A stretch of 62,605 nucleotides of DNA, filler included, from Intoshia linei (taxonomy: Eukaryota; Animalia; Orthonectida): the NCBI GenBank assembly GCA_001642005.1. It is 7 parts of 7 records of this genome, joined end to end, with 100 filler letters (N's around TTAATTAATTAA, not from the genome) between each part and the next. Parts side by side here need not be neighbours in the genome. Positions count along the whole stretch, not along the records: positions 59,314 to 62,605 come from LWCA01002109.1; 6 more parts are not named here. One strand, written 5' to 3'. A model generated the notes under the pieces. That model was not told where the DNA came from and ran no database searches. It worked only from the letters and a program-made list of their open reading frames with translations. The translations under genes were made by a program, and so were the position numbers. This document shows positions 59,640-62,605 of this stretch, piece by piece; the first letter of the stretch is position 1; the number at the start of each line of letters is the position of its first letter.

Positions 59640-61440
59640 AATTTTACCAATATTGCAATTTGCAAAACATTGTAATAAATATAAAAATGATTTTTGTAAT
59701 TTATTGTTGTAGTTTTAATTTAAATTTTAAACAAAATGTTTTGAAAGTGAAAATTTGAAATTTAAAAATTGCGTAGCAATGAAAAAAATACAGAAGGTAA
59801 GAATTATATAGATTTTATCCCAGAATTCTTTATTGGAAATGTGTAGATGTTCAATGCACATTTTTTTGAAATTGCAATATCAATATTTACATTTTCAATT
59901 TTATTTTAATCGAAATATTGGTCGATAAAAATTATTTTTCATCAGGAATGCGTAGATTTCTGGGGTTGAAATTTTGTATTTATATCAACTGGAATAAGGC
60001 TTTATCAGAATAATCTTTTTTATTAATTTTCGGACCGTTAATTATTTTACATTTTTGTTTTAATAAAATATTTCGGAAAAAAAATATATGAATACTAAAA
60101 TGCTTTTTTGACCGTGAAATAAATAAACAATTAAGGGACTGTCGGATAGATTCTAGTATATATTTTTAATTTAATTTATAGATTATCGACGTGAATAAAT
60201 CTAAGGAGGAATTAACAGAAACATATGATTATTACGGATCTAAATTAAAATGACAGTTTGTTTACGTTTGTAAATAAAATTTTAATATTTCAATGAAATT
60301 TAAGTAAGCGTTTTTAATCAATGTTGTTTACTTATTTATTTATCAACTACTACAATGAAACTTGTTGACAATTTATGTCAAATTAAGTTGTTATAATAAG
60401 TTATCTTGTTACCAATTTTTGTTGTTATGATAAAAATTTTGTCAAAAACAATGTTTTGTTTTGTTTCACCTCTTTTTAAATATTTAATATTTTGGCACCC
60501 ATTCATTAAATTTTAATATGGAATTTACACTAAATTAATTTTAATTAGCTTTTAATTTGAAATTTAAAAATTGCATAGTAAAGAAAAAAATTCCGAAGGA
60601 ATGAATTATATAGTTTTTCACCCATATTTCTTTATTGGAAATGTGTAAATGTTCAATGCACATTTTTTGAAATTGCAATATCAATATTTACATTTTAAAT
60701 TTTATTTTAATCGAAATATTTGAAAAATATTTTTCGATAAAAATTATTTTTCACCAGGAATGCGTAGATTTCTAAAAATCTGGAAAAATTTTGTATTTCT
60801 ATCAACAGGAATAAGCTCTATCAGAATAATCTTTTTTTTTATTTTCGGACCGTTAATTATTTCACATTTTTTGTTTTAATAAAATATTTCAGAAATATAT
60901 GAATATTAAAATGCTTTTTTGACCGTGAAGTCGTCACTTATTCGGATTGAGACCTTTAATTATTTCACATTTTTTGTTTTAATAAAATATTTCGGAAAAA
61001 AAATATATGAAAATTAAATGCTCTTTTTTGACCGTGAAGTCGTCACCTATTTAGATTGAATTTTTTTATTTGTGTTAACACGATACAACTGTACCACCTG
61101 TAAATTCTAGGGCTGTTTTTATAAAAAAAGGTAATTTCTGGTTTTGACACTGAAAATACACTTTTTATAAATTTAAATTTATGATAATGTTTGATTTTAA
61201 AATCCGTATTAGCGTATATATTTTTTTAATTTCTCCATCTCGTTTGATTTTACAAAAAGAAGAACAATTGGTGTTTTTAACCCTTAAGATGTGAAATTGT
61301 GAGGTTGAAATATATCTTAATACAAGTCACAAAAAAAACTGTAATTGAAATGTGGTCTTTAAAAAATTCTAAGATATGTAGTGTTTAAATAAAGCTGAAC
61401 ACACAAACAAAAATCGCGTAGCCTTTTATATAAATTAGGA
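59640..61440 (-). mobile_element. Two tandem minus-strand Helitron-family segments (~59640-60118 and ~60550-61440)
   Basis: 5' terminus A|TCCTAATTTATATAAAAGGCTACGCG at 61440; ~59750-60118 is repeated at ~60555-60930, with a further local duplication at ~60855-61050. Confidence 0.85.
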
Positions 61441-61939
61441 TTGTGTGTTCTCTAGTGTAATTAACCGAATCTTTAATTTATAAACATATTTCAATCGAAT
61501 TTTACCAATATTGCAAAGGATTGTAGTAAATGTAACAATGATATTAAAAAAGTTGTTTTAGTTTCCTTGTAGTTTCTATTTAAATTTTATTAAAAATGAG
61601 AATATGAAATTTACTGTATAAATTTCATTAGCTAAAATTTATCATTTTGTAGTCTTATTCACATAAAAATTTATAACTAAAGGAAAGTAAACTTAGGAAA
61701 TATTTAACAAATTAATAGAATGTCTTCTAGGAAATTAACATTGTATTATCTAGATGGAATGTGGAAAAAATTGATGTAAGCCAAAAACAGTTCAAATAAA
61801 TTGTCAAAATTGAAAGAAGGCGTGTTTTACAAAATTAAAATATTTACAATGTTACATGTTATATAATAGTTTTCTATTGAAAATGGTAAATTATAGCGTA
61901 ACTTATGCGGGTTAAATTTTCAATCTAACAATGTCACTC

Positions 61940-62070
61940 AAGGCGGGGACTACTTTTTTATCAATTTTGAGTAGATTTTATTATTGAATTTATTTTTTGG
62001 TAGAATTAAAAAAGCTCACCCTCAACAGAGCTAGGCGTTGTTTATCCGAAGTACATAACAGTCAAGCTAG
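61940..62070 (+). mobile_element. Helitron-family 3' end
   Basis: CCCTCAACAGAGCTAGG...GTACATAACAGTCAAGCTAG|T. Confidence 0.75.
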
Positions 62071-62424
62071 TTAATTTATATATTTCAGGATATAACATGT
62101 AATAATAAAAATATTTTTTGACTTCGTAAAATAAAATAAAATTTAACATAATTATTTTATTTTTCATTTGGGCTATATTTAGTTATTGTATTCAAACATG
62201 GTAAATATAAATTAGTTTATACCTTTTGATATGAGACGTATTAATATAAAACTGATAACACTGTAAACAAGACTTAACATGAAACTGTATTTACTAAATA
62301 TACCCATTTAGTTGAGTTTATTTTTTTATTTAGATATTTTAATGTTGTTGTTTTTGATTTTTATGTTCAATGCCGAGTGGACAGTTGCAAGTAATTTTAA
62401 TATATTTTGAATATTATATATTGA

Positions 62425-62605
62425 CTAGGTCGACTGTTATTTATTACGTACAAACAGGATCTAGCTCTCACGAAGGCACATTTTTATTATACTTAAATAA
62501 ATTCACGTTGAAAATTCAACTTAAAAATCCTACTATTAACTATTATCAATTCTTTAAATGAGTGGTTCCCAAATTTGTTTCAGGTGGAACCGTCATATCA
62601 CATTA
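62425..62605 (-). mobile_element. Helitron-family 3' end, continuing beyond the window
   Basis: Reverse complement of the 3' module ending ...CAGTCGACCTAG|T at 62425. Confidence 0.85.

Noticed and set aside
1-62605. CRISPR arrays, prokaryotic operons or defence systems, tRNA and rRNA genes
   Set aside because: No regularly spaced repeat-spacer array, cloverleaf or rRNA motif seen; the DNA is intron-containing animal sequence and the neighbouring genes are functionally unrelated.

Overview
Very AT-rich eukaryotic (animal) genomic DNA, not prokaryotic: spliced genes with GT-AG introns, many only ~37-65 nt, alternating with introns and intergenic tracts inflated by non-autonomous DNA transposons. 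Six 100-bp scaffold gaps carry an artificial TTAATTAATTAA six-frame-stop linker. Recognisable genes, in order: intronless FATP/SLC27 acyl-CoA synthetase (+); a strongly shortened perlecan-like gene (-); Treslin/TICRR (-); the 5' part of tubulin polyglutamylase TTLL6/13 (+); the 3' part of PDPR (+); pICln/CLNS1A (+); LCAT/PLA2G15-type phospholipase (-); an ENTH-only epsin-like gene (+); mitochondrial CLPX (-); an orphan Ig-like type I membrane protein (+); and part of an OATP/SLCO transporter (-). The dominant repeat is a non-autonomous Helitron family (A|TC 5' end, 3' hairpin plus CTAG|T, about 18 copies or fragments), accompanied by many hAT, hATm, Tc1/pogo and one Chapaev/Transib-like MITE. 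I found no convincing new multi-gene system. The best leads are a candidate structured intronic RNA in TICRR, a Gly-to-Arg change in the CLPX Walker A motif, the miniature perlecan, a possibly operon-like TICRR-perlecan junction, and inverted Helitron copies flanking a frame-preserving exon. Exon boundaries were read by eye and are approximate unless stated.
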